This document shows, one piece after another, positions 1 to 9,474 of a stretch of 52,414 nt of DNA. A model generated the notes under the pieces. It did no database searches and was not told the origin of the DNA. It saw only the letters and a program-made list of their open reading frames with translations. Position numbers and translations under genes: made by a program. The first letter of the stretch is position 1. Each line of letters starts with the position of its first letter. The DNA lies in assembly GCA_036514115.1 (NCBI GenBank), contig DATBXT010000081.1, forward strand, positions 1 through 52,414, in the 5' to 3' direction. The DNA comes from Gemmatimonadaceae bacterium (GTDB lineage Bacteria; Gemmatimonadota; Gemmatimonadetes; Gemmatimonadales; Gemmatimonadaceae).

Positions 1-200
1 ACTCCGGCCAGCGGAACCTCACTCGCGCCGCCGTTGTTTCTCGACGTCAGCGTAAGTCCGAGGGTGCGCGAAGCTACCTCCGCATCCTCGTAGAACATTT
101 CGTAAAAGTCGCCCATCCTGAAGAAAAGAATCGCATCCTGATGACGCGATTTGATCTCGCGGTACTGCTGCATCAACGGCGTCGATGCGGCTCGACTCAC
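1..200 (-). CDS. mutS: DNA mismatch repair protein MutS, 5' part (runs off the left window edge)
   Basis: Not in the ORF track. Manual translation from GTG at 200 gives [54 protein letters not shown], the MutS domain I signature (TPxMQQY, GDFYE). GTGA overlap with the stop of the upstream SPOR gene. Confidence 0.95.
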   Translation of the reverse strand, partial: MSRAASTPLMQQYREIKSRHQDAILFFRMGDFYEMFYEDAEVASRTLGLTLTSRNNGGASEVPLAG

Positions 201-1288
201 AGTTGCGGTGCCTTCACGACAAAACCATCCATTCGCTTAGCCTTCAACCTTTTCAACGCATCCTCGGCATCGTTTTCGGTAGCGTAGCGTCCGATTCTCA
301 CCCGGAATGGCGTTACATTGCCGTCGACCCGCGCGGCGTATCCGCGACCTTTCAGAGTCGCTACGAGCTTATCAGCATCAGCTCTGTGATTGTAAGCTGC
401 CACCTGAACTGAGTAGCCGCCCGACCCCAACGTCGCCTTCGGAGCTTTTGACGGATCCACAATGCTTGGCTTGCTATCATTCGCCTCCATCGGTTGCGGG
501 CGTGACGGCGGTGTTAGCACTTTCGCCGGAATCTCTGCCTTCGATTGTACAGGAGCCGGGACAGCAGGAGACGCCGGAGCCGCGGTCGCAGGCGCAACTG
601 CGGCCGCAGTCGTCGGCACTGTCGCGGGTGCAGAGCTGGCTGAGACAGCTGGCGATGACACGCCTGGCGGCGAAACACTTATCGCTGTCGGCGGTGTCAC
701 ACTCCCTGCTGAGGATGCGACAGCAACCGCCGGACAGCGTTGCCCCTGATATTGAATCTGATTGCGGAGCTCGATCTCGGTCGTATCCGCCTGGGATAGC
801 GCGCTTTCGTTCGCGGCGCAGGCGTGCGGAATGTCGTTTTTCTCGAACAGCACTCGCGCTGTCCAGTAGCTTGCCCGCGCCAGCGACTTGCTTCGTGGAT
901 AATCGCGCGGAATCCGCTGGAGGTGAGCGAGGGCTCCATCGCGATCGCCACGCGCAAGCTCGAGTTGGGCAAGCCGCAATAGCGCGTCCGCCGCCTGTGG
1001 TGCCAGGGGATAATCGACGACGATGTGCTTGTAGTCACTTTCCGCGTCGGCTGCGCTTGCAGCAAGGGATGCACGCCAGAAAAGGGCTTGTGGATAAAGG
1101 GGCGCCATCGGCGGAGTAGCGGCGATGACCGAGTCGATGAGGGCGCGTCCCGCCACTCCATTTCCATCGCTTACCATTGCCTGTGCCCGGACGAATACCG
1201 GGTCCGCTGGCTTCGAAACAGCCTGCGCTTCCATTCTCGACACCGTACAACAAAGCAGCACGATCACCGCGACTGTCTTAATAGACAT
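197..1288 (-). CDS. Exported TPR + SPOR-domain protein (cell division/peptidoglycan binding)
   Basis: Signal-peptide-like N-terminus, TPR-like helices ([13 protein letters not shown]), Pro/Ala/Ser-rich linker, C-terminal SPOR motif (YSVQVAAY...FRVRIGRY). SD-like AGGAGAG upstream. Confidence 0.8.
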   Translation of the reverse strand: MSIKTVAVIVLLCCTVSRMEAQAVSKPADPVFVRAQAMVSDGNGVAGRALIDSVIAATPPMAPLYPQALFWRASLAASAADAESDYKHIVVDYPLAPQAADALLRLAQLELARGDRDGALAHLQRIPRDYPRSKSLARASYWTARVLFEKNDIPHACAANESALSQADTTEIELRNQIQYQGQRCPAVAVASSAGSVTPPTAISVSPPGVSSPAVSASSAPATVPTTAAAVAPATAAPASPAVPAPVQSKAEIPAKVLTPPSRPQPMEANDSKPSIVDPSKAPKATLGSGGYSVQVAAYNHRADADKLVATLKGRGYAARVDGNVTPFRVRIGRYATENDAEDALKRLKAKRMDGFVVKAPQL

Positions 1289-1304
1289 CTTCTCTCCTAT
1301 AGAC

Positions 1305-2363
1305 TCATGCGGCTGCTTTCACATCGCCCGCGCACAGGCTCAGTAAAAGCGAAGCCAGCAATTGTTCGTCAGATGAGACCCTGCTCTCTTTGAGAGCAAC
1401 GTCAGTTTCGAGCAGCGCGTCCAGCGCGGGATCGAGTAACTCGCGGGACCAGCGCTCTGCTGCCCGCGTCCATGCAGCCGAGGCTGACCCCCAGGGTCTG
1501 CCTGTAAATGCTCCGGTCTCCTTCAACAGGCCGAAATACTCCTGTGACAGGCGCGCTCTTGGAAGACCCTCGTCGAGTTTGGCGCGGCCCCAGGAGATGG
1601 CCAGCATCTGTGTCGATAAAGCCATGACGACCGAGACGGCCGATGTTTTCGGCTGCGCCAGAATGTGCGGAACAAGCGCCAGCGCCCGGCTTATGCTGCG
1701 GTCTGCAACGGCATCGAGAAGGTCAGACATCGTTTCACCGCGTCGGACACCAACCACCGCCGCAACGTCTTCCTCTCCGATCTCATTGCCACGTCCTTCC
1801 ATGAAGCTCGCGAGTTTGTCGAGCTCACCAGCCAATTGGTGCAAATCATTGCCGACCGCCGCCTGCAACAACTCGATTGCAGGCTCCGAGATACTTATGC
1901 CCAGGACATTGGTCGCGTGATGGGCGATCCATTTTGGAATTCTGTTCCCAAGAAGTGCATCGAACTGGAGCACCGTGCTCGCTGATGAAAGAACTTCGTC
2001 GATTTTGGAGTCTGCAGGCGCGATCATCAGCAGCAGAACATCCGGCGCGGGACTTTTGAGGTAGTGTTCGAGTGCCTTCCGCGCATCCTTCTTCACCGCT
2101 GTCACGTCGCGCACCACTACGACTCTTCTCTCAGCCATCATTGGAGGAGTGGAAAGCAGAACTGCGAGCGATTCGCCGTCGAGCTCTCCGCCGCGCCGCA
2201 CATCCAGATTGAAATCTCTTGCCGCCGGGTCGAGCGCGGAATCGATCAGCTGGCGAACCGCGTCATCTTTCTGGTAGTCGTCCTCGCCGATGATGTAATA
2301 AGCGCCGTCGAAAGAGCGGCGCTTGATTGCATCCAGAAGTGTCTTCAGAGAGGACGGCGGCAT
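1305..2363 (-). CDS. holA: DNA polymerase III delta subunit
   Basis: YYIIGEDDY, DFN, PMMAERRVVVV, ELDKL motifs and ~350 aa length typical of HolA. Confidence 0.9.
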   Translation of the reverse strand: MPPSSLKTLLDAIKRRSFDGAYYIIGEDDYQKDDAVRQLIDSALDPAARDFNLDVRRGGELDGESLAVLLSTPPMMAERRVVVVRDVTAVKKDARKALEHYLKSPAPDVLLLMIAPADSKIDEVLSSASTVLQFDALLGNRIPKWIAHHATNVLGISISEPAIELLQAAVGNDLHQLAGELDKLASFMEGRGNEIGEEDVAAVVGVRRGETMSDLLDAVADRSISRALALVPHILAQPKTSAVSVVMALSTQMLAISWGRAKLDEGLPRARLSQEYFGLLKETGAFTGRPWGSASAAWTRAAERWSRELLDPALDALLETDVALKESRVSSDEQLLASLLLSLCAGDVKAAA

Positions 2364-2409
2364 CCCCGGAAATATAGGCGCAGCCTCGCGGACTGCCGTT
2401 CGCTTGACG

Positions 2410-2937
2410 CTACCTTGTGTAGTTCGCCAGCTCGAGCTGCGAGTGTGCGAAGCGCACCGGCACCTGCTCCGCGAACAAGGCTGCGGGCCAGATGGTGAGC
2501 CCCGCCGATACGGATGTGACCATTGCTGGGCCCGATGCAGGCATTAGCTCGGATTCGGGAATGGACGCGACCACCGGTGGCATAACCAGGTCATGAGGCG
2601 TCTCGCTGTGGCCGTAGAGAGTCGTACCGATGTAGCCGAGCATTAGGACGCTGGCCAGAGTAGCTGCGACTGCGCCCAGTCTGAGGTTGCGCTGCGAGTG
2701 CACGAGCTGCTCGGTCTGACACTCTTTGAGCCGCGCTTCCAGCCGATCGGAGAAATTCGCCGACGGCTCGATCAACGGAAGATTTCGGAAGAGGAGAAGC
2801 GCCCTGCGGATTTTCGCATCTTGCTTCGCGCAGCTCTCGCATTCAGTGAGATGACGCTGCATGCGAACCAGCTCGATACCAGCGATGGTGTCGTCTACGA
2901 AAGCAAGGTGCTGATCACAAAACTCACGACAATCCAT
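2410..2937 (-). CDS. Zinc-binding anti-sigma factor (zf-HC2/ZAS) with one TM helix
   Basis: N-terminal C...HLTECESC (HxxxCxxC), hydrophobic segment LGAVAATLASVLMLGYIG, directly downstream of an ECF sigma gene. Confidence 0.85.
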   Translation of the reverse strand: MDCREFCDQHLAFVDDTIAGIELVRMQRHLTECESCAKQDAKIRRALLLFRNLPLIEPSANFSDRLEARLKECQTEQLVHSQRNLRLGAVAATLASVLMLGYIGTTLYGHSETPHDLVMPPVVASIPESELMPASGPAMVTSVSAGLTIWPAALFAEQVPVRFAHSQLELANYTR

Positions 2938-3003
2938 TGAGATAGGCTGAGGGTTCGGAAACAGGTACCCGACAGTGGGGTGCCGGTTCCCGAACCGACG
3001 AAC

Positions 3004-3642
3004 CTAATCTACATATGGCGCAATGATTTCCGCGAACGAGTTTCTTGCCCGATTAAGGCGGGACTTGACAGTGCCGAGGTTGCACTCTGTGATCTCGGCG
3101 ATTTCCTCATAAGACTTGCCTTCGAGCTCCCGCAGGATGAACACGTTCCGGTGGTGCTCCGGCAGCTTCGCCACAGTCTCTTCGACGATCTCCCTCAGAT
3201 GACGCTTGCGATACATGTCATCGGGGCGTGAGGTGGTATCCTCGAACTGAAGCGGCCGATCCTCATCCTGAAAGTTCTTTTGAACCGTCTGGAAGAGTAC
3301 AAGCGGATTCCGCGAACGGTTCCTGAGCTCATTCTTGGCCAAGTTCGACGCGATTGTATAGGCCCAGGTCGAGAACTTTTTCGAACGGTCGAAGCGGTGC
3401 AGGTGGCGATAGACCCTGATGAAGACTTCCTGGACTAGATCCTCAGCCTTCTCCCGATCACCGATAGTCCGGTAAATGAAGTTCAGCAGCCTTGTCTGAT
3501 ATCGGGTCACGAGCTCCGAAAACGCGCGCTCCTCACCACCGAGGAACTCTGTAACGACGGCTGAATCATCCATCGCCTGCAGGCGTTCTCTGACGGTCTG
3601 TCCTTCAACCGATACAACATGCTTACGGACGATGTCAGCCAT
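3004..3642 (-). CDS. ECF-family RNA polymerase sigma factor
   Basis: Region 2 AEDLVQEVFIRVY / FSTWAYTIASN and region 4 SYEEIAEITECNLGTVKSRLNRAR. SD AAGGAGAG upstream. Confidence 0.95.
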   Translation of the reverse strand: MADIVRKHVVSVEGQTVRERLQAMDDSAVVTEFLGGEERAFSELVTRYQTRLLNFIYRTIGDREKAEDLVQEVFIRVYRHLHRFDRSKKFSTWAYTIASNLAKNELRNRSRNPLVLFQTVQKNFQDEDRPLQFEDTTSRPDDMYRKRHLREIVEETVAKLPEHHRNVFILRELEGKSYEEIAEITECNLGTVKSRLNRARNSFAEIIAPYVD

Positions 3643-3725
3643 TGCTCTCTCCTTATATATGAGACGTCACTGCTTGCTCAGCCGTGCACGTCTCAAATGC
3701 TGGAACTTTCTCTGGCATCTCTTAA

Positions 3726-3741
3726 TGCACGGGCCATGCCC
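3726..3741 (-). promoter_or_regulatory. Candidate sigma54 (-24/-12) promoter for the ECF sigma operon
   Basis: Minus strand GGGCATGGCCCGTGCA = GG-N10-GC with GGCA and TGCA cores, ~85 nt upstream of the ATG at 3642. Confidence 0.45.
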
Positions 3742-3888
3742 GATGAGAACTGCCGTTAACTGCATGTGAGGGAAAGACTTAGCCCACCAGATAGTATGGC
3801 GGAGCTTGTCCTTATTCTGCCAATCCTGTCCTATTTACATGACACGTCAGCGTCTTCTATTGATTAGACGCCAATTTGGCTCGAAGGG

Positions 3889-4449
3889 TTAACGACCTGC
3901 TCGAAACCCCGCGGCAAACAGAAGACCGAGGGCGGTCTTCCCGTCTCGGATCTCTCCCGATTTCACCATCTCGAGTGCTCTCGAAAGAGGCATCGGCTGG
4001 AGATCCAGAAACTCATCCGCTTCATGCTTAGTCTCGCCGACGACCAATCCGGTTGCCATGTAGAGATGAATTTTTTCATCCGTGAATCCCGGAGTCGTGA
4101 ACATCGTCGTCAGAAACTCCAGCCGTTCAGCGGTGCAGCCGGTTTCCTCCTTTAGCTCGCGGGCAGCGCAGTCTCGTGGATCCTCGCCGGGATTGAGGCG
4201 GCCGGCAGGAATCTCAACCACGTATCCGTTAGCCGCATACCTGTATTGTTTGATCAAAAGAATCTGCGGATCGTTGCCGTCGGGGTCGCTGAGGAATGGG
4301 ACGATTGCGCTGGCTCCCGGATGCCTGATCATTTCCAGTTCGCCCGTCGAGCCATCGGGGAAGCGCACTGTATCGACGTCGAGCGAGATGACTTTTCCGG
4401 TGTGGACGCGAACCGACTTGATGCACCCCGGATTGACGACCTCTTTCAT
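3889..4449 (-). CDS. NUDIX hydrolase, ADP-ribose pyrophosphatase-like
   Basis: Nudix box GRLNPGEDPRDCAARELKEETG; QYRY, EIPAG and PGFTDE motifs of the ADPRase subfamily. Confidence 0.9.
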   Translation of the reverse strand: MKEVVNPGCIKSVRVHTGKVISLDVDTVRFPDGSTGELEMIRHPGASAIVPFLSDPDGNDPQILLIKQYRYAANGYVVEIPAGRLNPGEDPRDCAARELKEETGCTAERLEFLTTMFTTPGFTDEKIHLYMATGLVVGETKHEADEFLDLQPMPLSRALEMVKSGEIRDGKTALGLLFAAGFRAGR

Positions 4450-4454
4450 CGCGT

Positions 4455-5804
4455 CTACTGCTGGTGAACCTGAAGCTCGCCAAGGTCCAGGTCGCCGAGC
4501 GAGTCCCTGATAACCCGCGCGTCGCCGACGACTACGGTCTGCAGCTGGTCGGGATGGAGGTGGCGGCGTGCTGCCTCGAGAACGGCATCCAGCGTGACAG
4601 CGCGAATGTTATTCCGGTAGGTGTCGTAGTAATCCGCTGGCAACCCGTAGATGACCAGTGTCGCCAACGCCGAGGCGATCGCTCCCGTCGTCTCGTAACG
4701 GATAGGGAAAACTCCGTCGAGATAGTCCCTCGCCAGTGATAACTCCTCGCCCGAAATCCTTTTGTCGCGAATGCGCTCGATTTCGAAAAGGATTTCTCTC
4801 AGCGCCGGCGTTGTGACGTCGCTCTGCACGGCAGTCGACACTACGAATGGACCGGGACCGCGACGCCAGTCGTAATAGGAGCTCGCACCGTACGTGTAGC
4901 CATGTGCTTCGCGCAGGTTCAGGTTGATTCGCGAGCCGAACAACCCGCCCAGCACCGCGTTCATTACCAGCGTTGGAAAGAAGTCCGGAGTCTTGCGCGG
5001 TAGACCAACGTGTCCGATACGAAGCTCGGATTGCGGCGCGTCGCGTTTGTCCACGATGTGAATGTTTTTGCGCGTTGCCCTGGGACTGGCTATCAACTTC
5101 TGACTGTCGGCGGAGCCTGACGGCCAGCTTTGAAATGCCCTGGTAACGAGTTCCCGGGCGGCTTCAACGGTGATATCACCAGCAAGAATCACTGTCGTGG
5201 ATTGCGTTCGATAATTGGCCCGAAAAAAGCCGTCGACATCCGTCCTGGAAATCGAGCTGACTGTCTCCGTGTTTCCTTCGTCCGGCTTCGAATACCGCGA
5301 ATCGTCTGAGTACAGAAACTCCGAGAATTTTTCGTCAGCCAGCCCCCTTGGCTCAGTCTCCAGCTGCATGATCTCTGCAAGACGCTCCGCCTTGAGCCGC
5401 TCTACCTCCCGGTCCGGAAATGCCGGCTCGCGTAAAATTTCGCCCAGGAGAATGGCAGCATCCTGCAGCTGGTCGGAGAGAGCCGTTAGCTTGATGAAAG
5501 CGCTGTCCCAGTCAGCCCCTGATTCCACCGAAGCGCCTAGCTGCTCGAATTTCTCCGAAATCTCGGCGCCACTAAGTCGCGTGGTTCCTTCAAGTAGCAG
5601 GGCGGCGACGAGCGCGGCGACTCCCTCTTTCCCTGAGGCGTCGTTTGTCGAGCCGGCGTCGACGAGAATCAACATTGTCACGACGGGAAGCTTCGACACC
5701 TGCGCTGTTACGAGCCGGATCCCGTTCGGCAGCTCCTCGTGCACGAATATGGGGAAGCGGTAGTTCCGGGGAGCACCCGGTTTTGGACGAAGCGTTGTAA
5801 CCAT
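4455..5804 (-). CDS. M16B peptidase, non-catalytic partner subunit (cytoplasmic)
   Basis: M16 fold motifs (LPNG, GVAALVAALLLEGT, NAVLGGLFGSRINLNLREAHGYTYG). No HxxEH motif and no signal peptide. Confidence 0.85.
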   Translation of the reverse strand: MVTTLRPKPGAPRNYRFPIFVHEELPNGIRLVTAQVSKLPVVTMLILVDAGSTNDASGKEGVAALVAALLLEGTTRLSGAEISEKFEQLGASVESGADWDSAFIKLTALSDQLQDAAILLGEILREPAFPDREVERLKAERLAEIMQLETEPRGLADEKFSEFLYSDDSRYSKPDEGNTETVSSISRTDVDGFFRANYRTQSTTVILAGDITVEAARELVTRAFQSWPSGSADSQKLIASPRATRKNIHIVDKRDAPQSELRIGHVGLPRKTPDFFPTLVMNAVLGGLFGSRINLNLREAHGYTYGASSYYDWRRGPGPFVVSTAVQSDVTTPALREILFEIERIRDKRISGEELSLARDYLDGVFPIRYETTGAIASALATLVIYGLPADYYDTYRNNIRAVTLDAVLEAARRHLHPDQLQTVVVGDARVIRDSLGDLDLGELQVHQQ

Positions 5805-7114
5805 CAGCGAGCGCCCGCTGCCGCTTCGAGCATGTCCTCCGACTCCACTCCTTCCCGCGGCACGTAGATCAGACTCGCCCGGTTGTTTTCACCGAACCGT
5901 TCGCCGACGAGATCATTCACGTGCTTCGCCGTCACCGATCGGTAACGATTGACCTGTTCATTGATCAGCTCAGGGCGGCCGAAGTAGGTGGCGAACATCG
6001 ACAATCTGTCTGCCCGTTCACCCGCGGACTGAAGAGAAGCGATGAGATCCGTCTCGATCAAGGCTTTTGCCCGTTTCACTTCGCTCTCGGAGACTCCGTC
6101 TCGATGAAGCTGATCGATCTCATGCTCGACCTCTTCCTCGAGCTGGGCAACCGGGATTTCAGGCCTCGCCATCACGTCTACAACCAGCAAGTCTGAGCCC
6201 TTCGCCAGGTCCAGCGTGAAGGCGCCGGCATCCGCAGCTATCTGACGTTCCCTCACCAATACGCGATGAAGTCGGCTTCCCTTTCTCATTCCGAGCAGCG
6301 CGGATGCAACACTGGCCGCGTAGTACTGATCGCTGCCGAAGATTGGAGAACGGAAGGCCATGAAGAGTCTGGGGAGACTGACATTGTCGTACACGACTTC
6401 CCGAAGGGGCGCGCCGAAAACCGGTGGAAGTGTCATCGACGGCAAGGGAGGTTTTCCCTTTCCCCTGGGTATCGGCCCGAAGTAATCGCGGATCAACGTC
6501 CGGGCTTCTTCTGAGTCGAAATCGCCTGCGATCGAAAGGACCGCATTGTCGGGGGTGTAGTAGGTCGCGAAGAACTGCGCGACGTCGTCCAGGGACGCTG
6601 CTGACAGATCCTCCATCGACCCGATCAGAGAGTGCTGGAAAGGATGGCTCGGGGGGAAGACGAGCTCCTGCAATTTTTCCAACATTGTACCGTAGGGCTG
6701 GTTATCCACCGCCCACCTGCGCTCGTTCTTCACCACGTCACGCTGAGTATCCAGCTTTTCCTGCGTCATCGCCGGCAGGAGCTCACCCATACGATCGGCT
6801 TCCAGCCAGAGAGCCAGAGCAAGCTCGTTCGACGGCATGGTCTCGAAGTAATTGGTGCGTTCCAGCCAGGTCGATCCGTTAAGCGTTCCGCCGGCGCGCT
6901 GGATCAGCTCGAAATGCTCATTTGATCCAACGTGTGCTGAGCCCTGGAAGAGCATGTGCTCGAACAAATGAGCGAATCCGGTTCTTCCTGCTCTCTCGTT
7001 CGCCGAGCCCACGTGATACCACAGATTCACGGCTACAATCGGCGCGGTATGATCTTCCGACAGGGTTACGAACAGCCCGTTGTCGAGCCGGAAGGTTTCT
7101 ACCGGAATTCGCAT
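5804..7114 (-). CDS. M16B zinc peptidase, catalytic subunit (cytoplasmic)
   Basis: GFAHLFEHMLF (HxxEH), NGST, VVKNERR. Start set at ATG 7114 (MRIPVETFRLDNGL) by family N-terminus. 1-nt overlap with the partner gene. Confidence 0.9.
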   Translation of the reverse strand: MRIPVETFRLDNGLFVTLSEDHTAPIVAVNLWYHVGSANERAGRTGFAHLFEHMLFQGSAHVGSNEHFELIQRAGGTLNGSTWLERTNYFETMPSNELALALWLEADRMGELLPAMTQEKLDTQRDVVKNERRWAVDNQPYGTMLEKLQELVFPPSHPFQHSLIGSMEDLSAASLDDVAQFFATYYTPDNAVLSIAGDFDSEEARTLIRDYFGPIPRGKGKPPLPSMTLPPVFGAPLREVVYDNVSLPRLFMAFRSPIFGSDQYYAASVASALLGMRKGSRLHRVLVRERQIAADAGAFTLDLAKGSDLLVVDVMARPEIPVAQLEEEVEHEIDQLHRDGVSESEVKRAKALIETDLIASLQSAGERADRLSMFATYFGRPELINEQVNRYRSVTAKHVNDLVGERFGENNRASLIYVPREGVESEDMLEAAAGAR

Positions 7115-7143
7115 TGACGTAAATTGCCCGCCATGCAAACCCG

Positions 7144-7998
7144 TTGGAACCCCCTTGGTTTGGTGACGTGATCGCGGTCTTGCTTCTGCTTGTCCTGGTT
7201 CTTGCCGCGCTTTTGTTGCTCTGGCGTAAGCAGGAGCGGATTTTGTTTCAGCCTCCGCGGATGCTCGGAGAGCCGCCTCTGACAGGCAGAGTCACGTACG
7301 ACGCAGTCGACGGCCAGCCGTTGCTCGCCTTTATGGTTGGCGATCCAGCGAGCGCACCAGGAGTGCTGCTTTGCTTTCACGGCAACGCCGACCTCGCGGT
7401 CTGGCAGATCGATTGGGCCCGAGCGGTAGAGCGGCGCACCGGTTACGCGGTATTTCTCGCCGAGTATCGTGGCTACATGTCCCTCGGCGGATCACCGACG
7501 TACGAGAGCAGCAGGCTCGACGCCCGCGCTGCGTACGATCATTTGCGGGTAGCCTTCGGGGTCCCGCGAGAACGCGTTGCGTACTTTGGCCACTCGCTCG
7601 GCAGCGGTGTCGCCGCAGAGCTTGCCGAATTACATCCGCCTTCGGCGCTTCTGCTACAGGCCCCGTTCTCGTCGGCCCGGGCAATGGCCAGACTGTTTGT
7701 CGTTCCGCCGGTGGTGCTGGTGTGGCGTGCTATCTCACGAATCCATTTCGACACGATCCGGGTGGTCGCTGACCTGGATGTGCCGGTTTCTGTTGTCCAT
7801 GGTACGCGCGACCGGGTCGTTCCCGTGCGAATGGGCAACGAGGTGTTCGAGTGTGCGCGACGAAAGGGCCATCTCCTGGTGGTGGAGAACGCCGGACACA
7901 ACGACATCGCCGAGGTCGCCGGCGACAAATACTGGCAATGGTTTCGCGCTGCCTTGCACCTACCGATAAACGCTTATCCTCAACAAGAAAGGGCATGA
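7144..7998 (+). CDS. Membrane-anchored alpha/beta hydrolase (ABHD13/BEM46-like)
   Basis: N-terminal TM helix; FHGNA, EYRGY, GHSLG nucleophile elbow, HGTRD and AGHND. Start codon uncertain (TTG 7144 or a nearby GTG). Confidence 0.85.
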   Translation: MEPPWFGDVIAVLLLLVLVLAALLLLWRKQERILFQPPRMLGEPPLTGRVTYDAVDGQPLLAFMVGDPASAPGVLLCFHGNADLAVWQIDWARAVERRTGYAVFLAEYRGYMSLGGSPTYESSRLDARAAYDHLRVAFGVPRERVAYFGHSLGSGVAAELAELHPPSALLLQAPFSSARAMARLFVVPPVVLVWRAISRIHFDTIRVVADLDVPVSVVHGTRDRVVPVRMGNEVFECARRKGHLLVVENAGHNDIAEVAGDKYWQWFRAALHLPINAYPQQERA

Positions 7999-8017
7999 CC
8001 GCAGTCATGCCCTTTTT
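7988..8017. terminator. Bidirectional intrinsic terminator between convergent genes
   Basis: AAAGGGCATGAC-CGCA-GTCATGCCCTTTTT: perfect 12-bp stem, T-tract on +, short A-tract on the left giving a U-tract on -. Confidence 0.8.
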
Positions 8018-8037
8018 CGTCTCGCGAAAGTTTCGGA

Positions 8038-9474
8038 CTATTGGACCGTCTGACCCGTCATGTTCCTGATCGAGATGGGCCCAACGTTGGTTGCCTTCAA
8101 CCCCTGTTCGATTGTCTTCCGATCACCAACGATCAGGATGGCAAGCGATCCCGGATTGATGTACTGCTGCGCAACTCGCGCAACGTCAGTCTGAGTGACT
8201 GCTTCAATGCTCTGCACGTAGTTGTTGTAGTAGTCCAGCGGCAAACCGTACAGGGCGACTGGAACGAGGGCAGACGCAATCTGCTGAGTCGTTTCGAAGT
8301 TACCCGGGAGCTGCAGCTGCAGATATCGCTTCGCCCGCGACAGTTCATCAGCCGGCACCGCTTGGCGGATGCCATTCAGTTCCTTCATGAACTGGATCAG
8401 AGCTGAATCAGACTTGGCTGATACAATTTCCGCGGAGGCGGTGAATGGACCCGCCGCTCGCCTCATGTCGAAGCGTGAAGCCGCACCATAGGTGTATCCA
8501 CGGGCTTCACGCAGATTCTGATTGAGTCTGCTGCTGAACGATCCGCCAAGGATCGTATTCATCACCGTGAGAGCGAAGAAGTCCTTCGTCGAACGCGGGA
8601 CGCCAACGGCACCGATGCGGAAGGACGATTGCGCTGCACCCGGCTTGTCGATCAGATAGATGGTCGTCGTGCCTGCCTTCGGCGGCTCGTTGTAGGTGAG
8701 CGGAGCGACGTCACCGCGCTGCCAGCTGCCGAACAGCGCATTGATCTTCTGTTCGATCTGCGCCGGATTCACATCACCGACGATAATGAGCGTTGAATTG
8801 TTCGGTTTGAAATTCGTCTGGTAGTAGGACTGCAAATCAGCGGTCGTGAGGCCGGTGACGGAGGCCTCGGTGCCGATCAGCGGAGCACCGTACGGATGTG
8901 CGCTTCCATAGAGAATTGCTGGAAATGCCAGGTTGGCAATCGCTGGCCCCTGGTCACGCAACTGTAGCAGCTCGGTCAGCCGGTTCTTCTTGATCCGGTC
9001 GAATTCGTTGGCCGGAAACGATGGGTGAAGCGCGACATCCGCGAACAGAGCGAGCGCGCTGTCGAGTTGGGCGGTCGGAGTATGCAACGACAGCGTGCTC
9101 GATTCCCAGCTTGCCTGTGGACTGAGGCTCACGCCGAGGAAGGACGTTTGATCGGCAATGTCCAGGCTCTTTCGTGTCGTGGTTCCTTCTCTCAGCATCG
9201 AAGCCGTAAGGTTTGCCACGCCGGTTTTGCTGGTCGGGTCCGCCGTGCCCCCGCTTCCAACGAGCAGAACGAAGTCGGCGAGAGGAAGCTCATGCTGTTC
9301 GACGATCATCAGCTTGAGGCCATTGGGCAGCTGCCTGGTGAGGATCGGAGGCAGCGATACTCGCGGCGGCGGTCCGAGCTCGGGTGGTTTCGTTCTATCG
9401 ACAGCGACTTGTGCGGAGAGGGGCGCACCAGTCAGCGTGAGCGCCGTGAAGGCCATTAAAGCACGGAGTTTCAT
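8038..9474 (-). CDS. M16B peptidase, non-catalytic partner subunit with signal peptide
   Basis: MKLRALMAFTALTLTGAPLSAQ signal peptide; NTILGGSFSSRLNQNLREARGYTYG; no HxxEH. Confidence 0.85.
   Translation of the reverse strand: MKLRALMAFTALTLTGAPLSAQVAVDRTKPPELGPPPRVSLPPILTRQLPNGLKLMIVEQHELPLADFVLLVGSGGTADPTSKTGVANLTASMLREGTTTRKSLDIADQTSFLGVSLSPQASWESSTLSLHTPTAQLDSALALFADVALHPSFPANEFDRIKKNRLTELLQLRDQGPAIANLAFPAILYGSAHPYGAPLIGTEASVTGLTTADLQSYYQTNFKPNNSTLIIVGDVNPAQIEQKINALFGSWQRGDVAPLTYNEPPKAGTTTIYLIDKPGAAQSSFRIGAVGVPRSTKDFFALTVMNTILGGSFSSRLNQNLREARGYTYGAASRFDMRRAAGPFTASAEIVSAKSDSALIQFMKELNGIRQAVPADELSRAKRYLQLQLPGNFETTQQIASALVPVALYGLPLDYYNNYVQSIEAVTQTDVARVAQQYINPGSLAILIVGDRKTIEQGLKATNVGPISIRNMTGQTVQ

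Noticed and set aside
1089-1097. Perfect DnaA box TGTGGATAA
   Set aside because: Single site inside a CDS, ~19 kb from dnaA, with no cluster; compatible with chance.
307-1119. 270-aa plus-strand ORF, and similar long ORFs at 9546-10289, 14745-15419, 19306-19914 and 42393-43025
   Set aside because: Antisense shadows of well-supported genes in GC-rich DNA; no motifs, Arg/Pro/Ser-rich composition.
3702-3729. GGAACTT (sigmaE-like -35) and plus-strand TGGCA...TGCA
   Set aside because: Both point away from the ECF gene, and the spacings (11 nt to TCTTAA; GG-N11-GC) do not fit the consensus.
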